Source of the DNA: Paramecium tetraurelia
Taxonomy: Eukaryota
Direction of reading: 5' to 3'
DNA: 64,000 nucleotides
Assembly: GCA_000165425.1 (NCBI GenBank)
Contig: CT868141.1
Coordinates: forward strand, 62,001 to 126,000
Shown here: piece after piece, positions 50,701 to 64,000 of the stretch
Numbering within the stretch: position 1 is the first letter of the stretch
Layout of the letters: each line of letters opens with the position of its first letter
Translations under genes and position numbers: made by a program
Notes under the pieces: model-generated
What the model saw: the letters and a program-made list of their open reading frames with translations, nothing else
Told to the model about the DNA's origin: nothing
Database searches by the model: none

Positions 50701-53700
50701 CCTATTAAATTCTATTTAAGAATGAATTCATCCAAACTTTTTACAATTGATAAGCAGCCTGTATTTCCGCATCTACAATTTTTAATAGCAATTTAAGATA
50801 ACTTCATAGTTTCTTTGTTTTGTTAGTAAATTTCAAGAATTCTAAATATACCAAATTAACAGTTTTCACATACAATATTTGTTAACTCCATTTTTTCAAC
50901 TTTTAATTGATGAGTTTAATTAAAGTTATCTATTTCAATCAAACTGTAATTAAATTGCTTATTTGAGTATATTAAAAGTTGATTACAAAGAAATTGTAGT
51001 TCTTTTTATTTTGTTTAATCTTTTTCATTCAAATTTAAAGCTACTTAAGATACATGAGTAGGACATTACAATTCAGAGTGAATAGCAGAGTTAGATTAAA
51101 TGCAAGAATCGGTATAAATCTATTTTCTCTCAATGACATTAGTTAATTATAGATTAGATATTTATAACTAGCCGGAAATTTCTAAATAATATTATAATTG
51201 ATTAATTACATGTTCTTAAATTTAATTTGAATAATGGTGACTACAAAATGGTGCTATTAATAACTTTGACATTAGATAAAATAATATTTTCAGCCTATTC
51301 AATTTTAATTAAGAATTAAATAACAGTAGAAAGAAAGCTACAATTATATATGCTAAAATTTCCATATTATAAAAATATCATAGGATTAGAATGAGCAACA
51401 TTTGAAGCATCATCTTCAGACAAATCTTAGATTAAAGAAAAATATTTTTGAAAACCGTTTTCAGATGTTTAGAATTGTATATTCTTAAAAATTACATTCG
51501 ATTTAATTGTATCTATCTTAGAAAGAGTGTATGAGAAAAATGTATTTTACAGTGAAAAGCATTCTCTTACGATCAAATTAAAAATTGTAATCAAATTATA
51601 ACTGAGTGAGGGAGTAATATAAATAGCTCCTCCATCATGTCTACTATAAGATGTATCTATTATAGAATCATGCAATTAAAAATTGAGTTGTGAGGAAGAT
51701 GCATCAATATATAAGCATCCACCTAATGCATAAACTGAATCATCTAGAGAAGACATCGTATTGTAAAAAAATGAATTAGCAATTCGTATTACACTTATTG
51801 CTTGAGTAGTAATAGAAAATCCTCCACCATAATATGAGTAGGATGAATTAATAGTAATGTTATCTATATTCAGAGTTTGGATTATAAATAATCCATTCCC
51901 TCCATTAGATTTTACTTAGAATATGGAAGCATAATCAATCTCATTTTAATCTTAAGATTATGAAAATAGTATATGGTTACTAATTCTAGATAAATTCATT
52001 AACCCATTATTTTAGAAGTAAGAATTCTGTAATTACAAAACAGAAGATTTAATATGGAGGATTGCATCAGTAGAATTAGTGACAATATTTTAGATAAATT
52101 TGCATTCATTCATTAATACACTGCCTTGTTATAAGGATATCTAAATGGTTGTAGCTGAAACTATAGTTAAATCTTGAACATATTCATTTAAATGATTGAA
52201 TGCAAAATATGCGATAGACAATGTGACTTTTGATTTTTATTCTGACTCTATAGAAATCAAGGAGGTGTGCTAATTTGTATCAGAAATAATAAGAATATTC
52301 TAAATAAGTTTGATATTTTAAATAACAATTGTTTCAGTCAGTATCTTTTACAGAGTATCATATCCTTTAAAAATGATGAATGGACTGTTGAAACTTAAAC
52401 TATTTTACACATTCACTTAATCAATAAACACATCCTTATATTATCCGATATAGATGAAAAAGTGCATATTTAAAATTGCAAATTATTTCACACATTCAAA
52501 TGAAGAATGAAGTGCTTTTGGCAGGAATTTTGAATTTTGTGAAATAATCAAATTTCTCATTTCCAATTTTTCCGAGTTGATTATTGTCATTTCTGGTAAT
52601 CCATATCCTCTAATAATTTAAATATTTTCTAAGAGACAAATTTAGCAGTCAATGTAAATCATAGAATTTTCATAAGAAATTTACTAACTTTAAGTTTTGG
52701 ATACTGTTTAACAATTTTATAATTGGAATTCCATTAATATGAATTTTAAACCACCTATTTCATCATATTTGGTGATTACTAAAATTTGCTATTACTATTC
52801 ATATACAACATTAAGAATTTAAAAATTCTTTAGGAATACATCAGAGGATGCTAATAATGCTTATTCGGATTTAGTATAATCCACTTTATTAGTAATTAAA
52901 ATACTATTCATAATACTTGTATTGTTCACGATGATGTCGTGAGTATTTATGATATTTGAGGCATAAAAATTTGAACCAAGACTTAGTAATGAGTTATTTA
53001 AGATTATATTCGATATCACAGACTTCTCAGCACAAGAGAGTAATAGAAAGTTTGAATTCCATTAAAATTCAGTGTTCTCAACAGTGATAGAATTAATATC
53101 TAATTATCCAATTGTATAATTCAATAAACTACTACTATATATAAAGTTTGATTAAATAAATTTAGTATCTTTAATTTAAATTTAACTTATTACTGAATTT
53201 AAAGACAAATGGTTAAGTTGAGCTAAATATTTTATCAAAGTTGAATTGAAAAAATAAGAGTCTTTAATAATTACGTTATCTATCTCAATTGCATTCTTTA
53301 AAATTTTTTATTGAGCTGTGAATTGGAAAATATCTGAATCGTAAATGTAAAAGTTAGATATCATTAAGTTTTTAATATATAAAGAATAAGGAATATTTGA
53401 ATTGAACGTGAAAGAATAATTTTTATCTGTTTCATTCTAAGTAATAAATCCACAGTTTATCAATTTTAAGGTTAAGGTTAATTTCAAATTAAATAAAGAT
53501 AGAATAGATTAAGTATTTTGGGAATCTTGCTTTTATGCACAGTTAAACCTGATATTTTGAAAAGTCACAGTAGTATAATTACTAATTTTAAATTCTACTG
53601 GAACCTACAATTGTGTTGGATTAGTTTATCCAATTAGCATGAGATCAACTTATTAAATAGCAAATACATTTTATTATAAAGTTGAGTGAATTTGAAGTAT

Positions 53701-56700
53701 ATCTATAAATACACAGTTAGGTTGATTACCCTATATAAATGTAAATTAATATTCAACATTTCTAACAGAGATCTCATTTAAATATTAATAAAGTGAAGCT
53801 GTTTCTTTGGAGATCAAGTATGAATCATCAAAAAACTGTTGTATATAAATATTCTTTGATGCAAAAAATTCATCATTTGATTCATACTATTTGGTCATTA
53901 AATCATCAAAATCACAATAGATATTCTATTTAATTATTATTTTATTATAGCATTATAAGTTTTCTGTGCAAATGGATATTGTCTAAGTGAAAGAATCATG
54001 AAAATAATTTTCTTATAAATTAATCTTATTTGATTTCTCGTAGCATTTTCTTGTAAGTTGTACATTTGAATTAGTTACTATAAAATATGGATTTATATCA
54101 GCGATTTCATCTAAGGATCTATTTAAACAGGCCAAACAATTAGATGGACATGTTAAACATGTTCCTTAAGTATTTAAGCTTTTGAGAAACCCTGATGAAG
54201 TTTCATAGCACTTAATACAAGTAGATTTTCCATCTATAATTACACATTCCTTACAGTTTTCATCACAACCCTTTATGCATTGATTTTGATGCAAGATATA
54301 CCCTACTTAACATGATGTACATATCAATTCTAAATCAGCTTCAGCATTTGTTGAAGCATAGTTTTCAAAAGCATGATCATTATTGGAGTTTAGAAAGTAT
54401 CTATAAAAGGCTTTAATTTACCATTTCCAGAAATCTCGATATTACTTATTTTATTGAATACAAGTCTTACAAGTGTGTGTACATTACTAACATTAGCCTG
54501 TCAAAACACCAGAATAATAGCCATCTTCACATATAATGCAGAAGCTATCAGTTTCAATATAATTTTTTATGCATTACTTACAATTTAGGAGAGTAGGACA
54601 ATCAATATTTTAAACAGAATCAATATTACTTGAACTGATTATACATTTTTGAGTTGCATCACTTAAAATTAATGCAAAATCACAGTCATCATTCACTGGT
54701 TTCAATTCGCATTTCTAAGTACTTAAATTAAAGAAATAGTCTTATTTACATAAAGCACAGCCAAAAGATACTTACATAAAGTCAAAATTTATGATATTGA
54801 ATTATAGATCCAAATTAGAAATGTAGATTCCACCATTCATCATATATTGAAAACAATAAATACAATTTTCTATATTGCATTCTTCGCAACTTTTGCCATC
54901 AAAAGAGATATACCGTAAAGAGGGTGATCCATTACAGAAGTAACAATACCCATCTGAATTGCAACTCTGACAATTAACCCCACATGATACACATTTGCCA
55001 TACAATAATTCTTATGTTCCATAACAAGTATCACACCATTGTTTTCCATTATTTAATAAACAAGTTTTACAATTCGTGCACTTCTTACATAAATGTTCAT
55101 CATCCTTGTAAAAACCTGGAAAACATTATTTACATCTATAATTAGTAATACAGGTTTAACAACCCTCCAAGCATTCCTAACATTCCTTATCTTTGTAAAA
55201 ATATCCTTCCTTACAACTACCTTCACCTAAACATCCTTAACATAACTTAATTAAATAGTTATCGTTTCCATCTTTTGAAAGTTCAAAATAACTAACATCA
55301 TTAGGTTTTCTCAAGGAAACGGAAAATGTATATTCAACTTGAGAATTGTAAGTCTCGGCATCTTGAGTACATTTGAGTGTTTTTGCAAATATCTTGGGGT
55401 CAATTATACAATCAAAACAAGTAAGTTGTGTTCTTGTAAAAATATCAAAATAATTTGGACTAAAATAGACAAATCTATTACCATTAAACACAATTTTAAT
55501 CTAATTAGAAATATCCAAAACTACATTCAATACTATCATTAGCACAATTAACATATCCTAATTTTGAGCATTTCAATTCAACTTCTTGTTTGGTAATTTG
55601 GGGAAATGCCTATAAAATTGATTTGCATTCATATAAACCATCCTAATCAACATATCTCTATTAACAAAAACAAGTCTTTTCAGTTTCTTAATGCTATCTA
55701 AAACTATCCTCAGGACAACTTAAACAATTATATTAAGTGGGACCATCACATGTTAAGCAAGTATAATGACATGATGGAACTAGTAATGCTTCAACTGGTT
55801 GACAGAATGTTTCTAATAGGATATCACTTACATATCCTTTCATAAATCGTTGAGAATAGTCATCCCCTCCAACAGATACATAATACACAACACCTGTAAA
55901 ATGTTTAACAGGTTGAGACCATTTGTATTATTGAAGCTATTCGATTGTTGGAAAATATAAGGAGAGCATAGGTTTTCCATCATTGTTTTAGGTTCCAAAT
56001 TCATATTAGAAATAATGCCATTTTAAAAATAATTCTGAAAATTAATCTCCAAATTTTGAAATTTTATTATCTTCTTATGTCTTATACCTTCCCCTTGATG
56101 GAAATGCATATGAATAAGTTGAAATTTGAAGTCCATTTTCAAGGGGTAAACTGCTCTAAAAATATTCAAGAAGAACTTCCCTGTCTCCAATGTACATATC
56201 ATCACTATAATCTTTATTGATTGTTATTCTAAATATCACAGTTCTTTATTCTGCTTAGCTTAATTACTCCATGATAATCCATCCTTTCAGTACATAAATT
56301 GGATCTCTGGTTTAAAATGTATTTGTTCGTATAATATCATCCCCATTCATTGCTTAATTTTTATTACTTACCATGTATTAACTAGGATTACAACTATCGT
56401 ATTCAAAAAAATTTTGGCAAGAAGCAAGGTTAGAGAAAATATTTTCATCGTGTGTTGTAAAGATGGTAGACATTAAACCAGTGAATTGATTTAGAACTAT
56501 AATTGCTCCATTTTAATTTGTATATTGAAAAAAACCACCGATTTTATGTTATATGCTCGCTACAAAAGGTGGCACATCATCAACTGTTTATGAGGGGATG
56601 CTTTCTAAGGCGGTGTAATATCCAAATGTGGATTTTCCTAAAAGTTAATCATAATAGACATAGAACATCACCCATAAACCTTCATAGATAGAACTGTCAA

Positions 56701-57167
56701 ATGTAAATTAGAGAGTATTTAAGGATGATTTAAATGAGTAAAATACATTATGTTGTATTGTTTAAGCAGTTGAATCAATTTTTATTGATACTACAAGCAT
56801 TTTAAATTTATTGACACTTTATTCCATTGAATAAATAAACTAGCCGCCTTGAACAATAATTTATCCATTTGATGTGGTAACTATCTATGAAGTCCGGTCG
56901 GCTAATATTGTAAATTGTGAAATTTACTCAGATCTTTCATTTCAATAAATGGTTGATATTTCACCCAAAGTCCGAATCCTACATTCATTTGTCCTTGAAC
57001 TACATCCGTCTCCAAGGTTTGGTCTTATACCGATTAAGGATCTGATGGATTAACAAGTGGCATAAATGTTAAAAATTAGCATTAACTTAGTACTTTTCTT
57101 AATATATTCAGATAGCTTACACCGCCAATAAGAAGATGAACAATATTTGAAAATATGTTATCATCAT
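47797..57167 (-). CDS. Giant Cys-rich / beta-helix multi-TM surface protein (family copy C), apparently frameshifted at ~49598
   Basis: Colinear with copy B, with shared intron positions. MMITYFQILFIFLLA signal; FGLWVKYQP; CHYTCLTCDGP; TM region WGYLYNEYKLHAYYWETIK. The +1 insertion gives a premature TGA at 49563-49565 unless it is a sequence error. Confidence 0.8.
49392..49802 (-). repeat. Arm 2 of the inverted repeat (411 bp, extra base in the A-run at 49597-49599)
   Basis: Reverse complement of 45651-46060; GGTTATTGG in copy B vs GGTTTATTGG in copy C. Confidence 0.93.
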
Positions 57168-57610
57168 GAACAAGATTAAATTTTTATTAAAAATGAAAAA
57201 ATATTTTAAAGTTGGGATTTGAGATGGTATTTTAAATAAAAATGATAAAAAATCAAGATTATTTGATTAATATCATAATTATTAAATTTTAGCTCTCTGA
57301 ACAATATGATGATTAATGTACCATCTGATCAAGTAGTTTAATGTTAATATTTGATAATACTTAATTCCTAAAAAGATATTTTCAGTAACAAATTTAAAAT
57401 CATTGCTTTCATTCGAAAGATGGTGTTAATTTTTATCATCAACTTAATATTATTAATATTAATATCAGTAAAACAATTGAAATCATTAAGATCATGTGAA
57501 ACACGGTTCTATTCATCACGATATTAATCCACAATATTACTTAATAATAAGTCATACTTATTTTAATTCATTTTATGGGATTAAAAGCGAAGTATTTAAT
57601 TTATCAAATA

Positions 57611-58531
57611 ATGATGAATAGTAAAGTGAAATCTGAATTTTTGCAGAAACTGGCTTGCTGTTCAGAATACGCTTATAGAGAAGACACCAACTTTCCTATT
57701 CGAAATCAAATGGAAGATTGTATACAATACTCTAAATAAGATCAGCCCATTATTATAAAGATAATTGTTTTGAGGATGGCACTGCTTGTCTATTTGCTGT
57801 ATTTGATGGTCATGGAGGGATTGATGTGGTTGAATACATCACTAAGATTCTGCCTGAAGTAGCTTAATTTAAATATAAATAAAGACCTTTCTGAGGGATT
57901 TCAAGCAATTTAATACATTGAAACCGAACGAATATTTTGAACAGATATTCAAGAAGGTGGATGATTAGCTAAAATTAGTTGGTGCTGCAGAAATAGGAGC
58001 CACTTGCTGCTTAACTCTATTAAGGAAGGAAGATAATAAAAGGAAATGTTACATTGCAAATTTGGGTGATACCAGGGCAGTGATGAATATAGATGGTAAA
58101 GCAGTCAGAATGACAGTCGATCACAAAGGCATTGATCCCGAGGAATAAGCTAGAGTTAAGTAATATAAATGATGTAATTATGCTTACTAAAGGCGGGAAG
58201 GAGGCACAATAGTGAGAGGTAGAGTGATGGGCCAATTAGCAGTCACTAGAGCATTCGGAGATCTTGATTTAAAAACAGTTGGTGTATCAGTTAAACCAGA
58301 CCTAAAAGTGCAGGAAATTACACCTTAATGCAAATACATAATTATGGCTTCAGATGGACTTTGGGATGTCGTTGACGATTAGGTAATTCTCTTTAAATTA
58401 AAAACTTATAGAAAGCAGTTGACATAACCAGAGGATTGAAGAACTCCGATGAAATGACAAAAGAGCTGTTGCAGTATGCTCTGAAAAATGGCTCAAGAGA
58501 TAACATAAGTATCTTAATTGTAATGTTCTGA
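57611..58531 (+). CDS. PP2C/PPM-family protein phosphatase
   Basis: RNQMED, FAVFDGHGG, IANLGDTRAV, TVDHK, LAVTRAFGD, MASDGLWDV, GSRDNIS; four tiny introns. Confidence 0.93.
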
Positions 58532-58560
58532 TTTATTATATAAACAAGTATGTAACTATA

Positions 58561-60354
58561 TCATTGTGCAAATGAGCTATTTTAGGAATCATTAATTTAG
58601 CTCTCTTAAATAGTGTCATTTTATAACTATTGGAAAACCCTTGATGCTTGAGCCTATTGCTACAACTTCTGCTTTTATTGCAACAACAGTAGTTAAGGTC
58701 TACATATCAATCAGATTCTTACCCTTGACTCTCCTTCTACACATTCTACTGAATAATGGTTTTCATCAGTCTTTGATTCTTATCACTTACTTAATGTTTG
58801 CCAAAAATATTGGATCTAAATCTGGTTGTGCCAATGAGTGAGTTTCTAAAATTAATAAACTGACTTACTAATCAATATAGTCTTATTCATCTTGTTATTC
58901 CTTGGTATCTTTAAATTAAACTGAATCGCTTACTACACTTAACTTGCCTTCTAGTCGCAAATCAGGTTCAACGATTGTTAATTATGGAACATTAGAAATA
59001 TTGAGTATTTCATTCCTAAGTCCTATGTGTCTTGACCAAGCATTAAGATAATCAGCAGGTGTCAATACTTCTTGCTAGTACTTGAGAAATGATTCCAGCC
59101 ATTATATTTGATCGTATTGTCTCTTCAATTCTAATTGATCACCAACCAAGTAACTCATTTTCTTTTAGGTTTCTTCCTGCAATTATAAGAGAGCCTCTTG
59201 TAACACTTGATAAATCCTGCCTTCAATGATTGAAGCATTTTTGTTAACTTCTTTGATGCTATAATCTATTTGTTATAGATATTCTGCCAATTGATTCTTT
59301 CGTTTCTCTATCAATGGATCAATGTCTTTGGATTCAACTAAGGATTTCATATATGCATCTGAGATCTTGACCAGAGGATGATTTGCACTCTCCCCTGAAG
59401 AATGAGATCCACCTATTTTACAATATAAACAAAGGGGAGTTCTATCAATTGTGCAAAATAACTCCAACTTCTGGTCAGGATGTTATTAACAATTGCCGAA
59501 TGTTTTTGGTTTCTTAATACATATATAATAAAGTCTTACTTCATTTATAGGGATTCTCTGATGCTTTGATACCAATTTACCCCCTTTTAGATGATGTTCT
59601 TCATCGCAGTCATAACATAAATTCATATCATCTGCTTTACAATATATGGTTGCTGTATTATCATTACAAATATCACAAAAAGGAGACTAATTCAACACCC
59701 AAACTTACATTCAAATTGTCTTCCTTTTTCTAATCAAACTCGAATTATACAACATAACATGGCAATACTCTCCCATTATCGAACAATACATAGTCATGTT
59801 TAAATGTGCCTGTCATGGAATCCTCGTCTTCATTATATAAGTAGATGCTATCGAATCCTTAAATTAATTTATATTTATCCTTCATCGAGGTTTTATCTGG
59901 AAGACAATAGGATTTACCAACTAAAATCATGGTATTTAGTAGTTACCTGCAATCTTTAATAGCAATAACTCATAAACTCTACCAGGTTGTATGTTATCCT
60001 ATAATTTAATGTGTCCAGTTGGAAAACGAAGTCCAGTCTATGGGAATTCAAATCCTTTGGTACAAACTTTTTCCATCCTATTATTTTCGTCTAGCAAAGA
60101 AATCTCCAACCAAGAATCCAATGTTAGCAGTCCCTAATTAGTGTTATCCAGATACATACTTTGCTTGCTTTTTCAAAAGTTTATGTCATGTGAGGATTTG
60201 TAATAGTCCAAATATTTTTGACTGTTGCCGATGTGTAACCGGATGACAACTGCAATAAATATTCAATGCGAGCCCATTCTGTAGAATTAGGTGATAGACG
60301 TGAGTATTGTTTGTTCAAAAAGTTATGTTAAGGAACATTAGTATAATTTGACAT
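58561..60354 (-). CDS. Degenerate PARP/ART-fold domain + two B-box Zn fingers + coiled coil
   Basis: B-box1 CDICNDNTATIYCKADDMNLCYDCDEEHH; B-box2 CQQHPDQKLELFCTIDRTPLCLYCK..H; N-terminal LLLLKIAVGKSY..GFDSIY..DYVLFDNGRVLPCYVVQF. Confidence 0.8.
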
Positions 60355-60547
60355 TTAATAATTAATTTAATTCAGTTATACATTAAAATTTATAATTCAT
60401 TCATATGAAGTATAAATATTTTAAAAACCCTTAGTTGTAGAACTGATTTGAATAGTATTGTATTTAGGTTCCTTTTTTAAGATGTTAATTAAAATAAATA
60501 ACGTATATATTACATAAAGTTTAATGTTAATTATTAAAGTTTTAGTT

Positions 60548-61511
60548 TCATTATCCTTTTTTTGTAGTTGTATTTTGATTACACTACTATCTTATCGCTT
60601 TTAGTAATATTAGAGTATTGTCCAATTTTTTATCAGTGTTTTGTATTTTATTCAAGCTTATGTTATTCTGGGTGTGATTGCTTCTTCCTGGATTAGGAGA
60701 AGTAGTGACACTGGACCAAAAATTGGATTGGGATCTATAATATTTTGATTTATCAGCGTTTTTGGGATCTCTACTTTGGTAGTCAACTCTTTAATTTAGG
60801 AAGGAGAGAGCTTCTTTGATTTTGTCACTCAAATTCTATTAGGAGTCTTCAGTGAGCATTTTAGTAAAGACAGCTTTGGATGAGGAGTAGGAGTGAGAAT
60901 TATTCTGTGCTCTCTTTCCTCTGTTTTGAGAGATGGGTCTAACTGAAGGGCATTCCAAAGTGGATTATAAGGTTTCGGTTCTCAGATCTGAAATGCTTGT
61001 GGGGTTTTATAAGGAGCTAGAATAAGTGGAGTAATACTTGATAATAAATCTGAGTTCTTTGTTTGACTTAATGTATTATCTTACCTTATCCTGCTCTTTG
61101 CTGATTTGGGTTTATAATTTTAGATTTAACTGAAGGGAGTCTTTTAGTTGGAAGTCTTTGGCCTGTAATTAGTCCTGCAATTCTTTAATTCTTATTTCTT
61201 ATGCAGATAATTTATTTTCTAACAGCTTAATAATATATAAGGAGTACTTGATTTCTCTAGATTTCTGAGCTCAACCTCTCAGTGATGTGTATGATTTTAA
61301 TATGAGTTGTATTGGAATTGTCTTCTGAAATTTTATCTAATTGCGAAACTCTAGACATTGTCATAGAAGGCTCATTGATATTGGTGCTGTTTTTGAAGCG
61401 ACTATAATAGTCGGAACAAAAGATGTCCGTCAAGTTGTTGGAGAGTAGTAGATTAGTTTATCGGTCTGATTCAGAGACTTCCAATAATGAGTCTTAATCA
61501 TCTTAGTCCAT
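60548..61511 (-). CDS. Hypothetical S/T/P-rich protein with short coiled coil
   Basis: MDQDDQDSLLEVSESDRQ...YYRSQSNFWSSVTTSPNPGRS...KKGQ*; introns approximate. Confidence 0.55.
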
Positions 61512-61696
61512 ATTAAATTATATTCTAATAAATGTGTTATGAAGAATAAGAAAGTGAGATTATAAATTTGTTATATTAAAGATATAGTTTATGCACACTC
61601 CTTATCCCTATCATTGGGACTCTTTGAGATTAGCCAAGAGATCTTCTCAAACTTTACTTTTATTTAATTCAATTTAATTCATTATTATTTTTACAG

Positions 61697-62740
61697 ATGT
61701 TTCGAACAAACAAAAGTTCTACAGTTCCAACCAGAACCAAAGAAAAAAGCACTATTTTGGCTCCTTGCATTAATTGTGAAGAATTCATACCCTTCGATAA
61801 AATTGATTTGCATGCCTAAATTTGCACTCAAGTTTCTAACAAAGTACTCAAATATTCCCAGTCCACTGTATTCTTTGAGGAGAATGATTTCAAACTTAGC
61901 AAATTGAAGGCCAATTTATTGAATAAGAGTTACAAACACACTCAAAGATTATGTCGTATTTGCGAATTGGTTTCTTAAATCACTACAATCGGGTGTGTCG
62001 AAGAAGCCTCTTTGAAGGAATTCGAAAAAGAATTACTTAACTTGAGTTAAGAACCAAGTCAATCCATTAATTAATCTTTATATATTGAAAGATTACATTC
62101 CCTCGTTCTATAAAGGATGAGTATCATTCAAAATCAATTAAACCTCAAGGCCATGAGGCCTACATCATCACAACAGAACTTCTATCCTCAACAAAACACT
62201 ACTTTCATCTCAAAAAATTCCAAAAATTCAACAGGCTCAACTCAAACGACTAGTAATAACAACTTATAAAATTTAATTCAAAATAAGTTAGAGTCATCTG
62301 ATAAATTTAATCGCTTTAATAAACTCAATCAATGCCAATCCCCAGATCCCAGAATGACTTACATCACCAAATTTTCATAAAATAGCCCAATCTCTCAATA
62401 TGGATTAACGCAATAACAACAAAAAAGTGAGATCTTAACGCACATTAGTGAATAATATGCAGAAAGCATTGATGACCAGTCCAATCCAAAAACATTTGCT
62501 CAAAGATGCTTCTATTCCAAGGTTCTAAATCTTAAACTAAATTACCCACAATCCAATCCTGCTTAAAAAATACCAGTCTCAGTTTTATGGAAATAGGCTG
62601 AAAAACAGAAAATTAAACCAGAAAATTGGGAATTATTCATTAAAGATTGTCTAGACAAACCATTCCAATATTTGGATCCTGAAAAAGTGAATTCTTAATT
62701 TATTAATCCCTCTTAGATGAAATTCAAAAAATAATTATGA
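61697..62740 (+). CDS. Hypothetical protein with N-terminal C2HC (UBZ-like) zinc finger
   Basis: CINCEEFIPFDKIDLHAQIC; C-terminal helical block FYSKVLNLKLNYP..LWKQAEKQKIKPENWELFI; intronless frame. Confidence 0.75.
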
Positions 62741-62860
62741 ATTTACTTGAGATTTAAATATATAAATATATTTTATAACATTCTTTAAACCAATTTATGT
62801 ATACTATCATTTTAACAAAAAATAATTATCTTCAATAATCATAATTAATATAATAATTTA

Positions 62861-63219
62861 ATGGGAAATAGACTTCCTAATTAAGAGAATTAAGCATGTA
62901 TAGACCATCATAATATTTCTTAGAATTAGGAGAATAGATGCCGTATTTAAAAAAAAATAAATATGAAATTGAAGTTAAACCAAAAGAGTTTAAAGGTATT
63001 TTCATTAAATCATCGATTAGAATAGGAGGTTTAGGTAAATGATATACAAAAATTGTAAGAACAACAAGAAGATAAAGAAGTTTAGGAATTGATTGACTTA
63101 GCTAATAATGACTTTGATGATCTCTCTGACCAAATGAATAAAGTAATAAAAATAAAATATAAACCTAGTTAAATTGTCAGCTTGAAGATCTCTAGAATGA
63201 CTTAGACAAGTATATTTGA
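62861..63219 (+). CDS. Small acidic coiled-coil protein, possible N-myristoylation (MGN)
   Basis: Three tiny introns give MGNRLPNQENQA..EVQELIDLANNDFDDLSDQMNKLNCQLEDLQNDLDKYI*. Confidence 0.55.
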
Positions 63220-63262
63220 ATATTAAATCCGTATCCCATGCAAATCTTTTTATTTAGTATTC

Positions 63263-64000
63263 TCAAAACTCCCTTAATTCTTCTAATAAAGTTGCAATTG
63301 TTTTACTAATATGATATCTTTGATTAAAAACAATGAATCTCCAGAAATAACAGAATAGAATATTTTTATTTCCATTAACTTCTTGTTCTAAGTTTTCAAG
63401 TGTGAAATTATGAATTTCAGCACAATTGTTGAAATAAATTAGTATTATCATATATTTCTGATTGGTAAAGGCATAGAAATGAATCAATGTATAAAAAATG
63501 AAAGATGTTTAGATTTTTCATATTCGGTTCTATATAATAACTAAATTGGAGATGGTTAATAATCTGTGTAATTTAATAAATTGCAGAAGATGAAAGGGAA
63601 CATTTTTGTGGTATCTTTAACTGAAGCACCTATATAAGAGTGTATTTTATAATTCAATATTATTATTTAATTTTCTGATCATTTCCTTTAAGAGTTCCTC
63701 AGATAGCAAAGGTAAATTAATTAATTATTATCATCCTTTCATACCTGACCATATATTTATATTATGCAGCTTATTTTTAGATGAGCAAACAAAATTAGAC
63801 TTTCATAGTGACCAATCATTCCAGACAATTCCTCCATGGATATCATGTCGATGACAATATAGGCAAAAAGTTGGCTATATCTTAAAGTTCAGAGTTGGGC
63901 GGCGGTTTAATGAGTAGTGTTGAAGTAACGAATGAGAATTTAAATATAGGTGGAATAGAGGAAGCCCAAATAGGTGCTTCAAAAGGAATATGATTCCAGG
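63263..64000 (-). CDS. 3' part of a hypothetical gene running off the window
   Basis: Terminal ORF ..LFCYFWRFIVF..LEELREF* with TGA at 63263; upstream exons not resolved. Confidence 0.35.

Noticed and set aside
38168..57167. Giant gene pair as a mating-type locus (mtA or MTA/MTB) or as GPI-anchored immobilisation antigens
   Set aside because: They are far longer than mtA, tail-to-tail rather than head-to-head, and end in multi-TM domains instead of periodic Cys repeats with a GPI signal.
510..63487. Most ORFs in the supplied track taken as independent small proteins
   Set aside because: They were called with TAA/TAG as stops and alternative starts; they are fragments or antisense shadows of table-6 genes.
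1..64000. CRISPR arrays, tRNA genes, retained IESs, selenocysteine TGA read-through
   Set aside because: No repeat-spacer periodicity or cloverleaf was seen. In-frame TGAs I examined were mostly explained by tiny introns. IESs cannot be identified without a germline/macronuclear comparison.

Overview
Very AT-rich eukaryotic DNA with the hallmarks of a Paramecium (ciliate) macronuclear chromosome. Genes read through TAA/TAG as Gln and stop only at TGA, introns are ~21-29 nt GT..AG, intergenic gaps are short, and there is a ciliate-type 5S rRNA gene and a trichocyst matrix protein gene. The supplied standard-code ORF track is therefore mostly fragments or antisense noise; the gene models here were read by hand with translation table 6 and exon boundaries are approximate. 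About 28 protein-coding genes are visible. Three giant (~9 kb, ~2,900-3,100 aa) paralogous surface/receptor-like genes fill ~43% of the window, each with a signal peptide, LamG/ConA-like modules, furin-like Cys repeats, a GGAI beta-helix-like region, a membrane-proximal Cys domain and a multi-TM tail. Two of them are tail-to-tail and heavily diverged except for a sharply bounded 410-bp near-identical tract (45651-46060 vs 49392-49802). The minus copy has a 1-nt insertion in that tract that truncates it just before the TM region. Other oddities: two inverted Rab1-like paralogs with no prenylation Cys and altered P-loops; two inverted paralogs of a small HTH/UBA-like protein; a degenerate PARP-fold + double B-box protein; a 78-aa protein with RVxF-like and CaaX-like motifs; a half-size TCBP-25-like EF-hand protein; and a 2-TM DEG/ENaC-like channel candidate.
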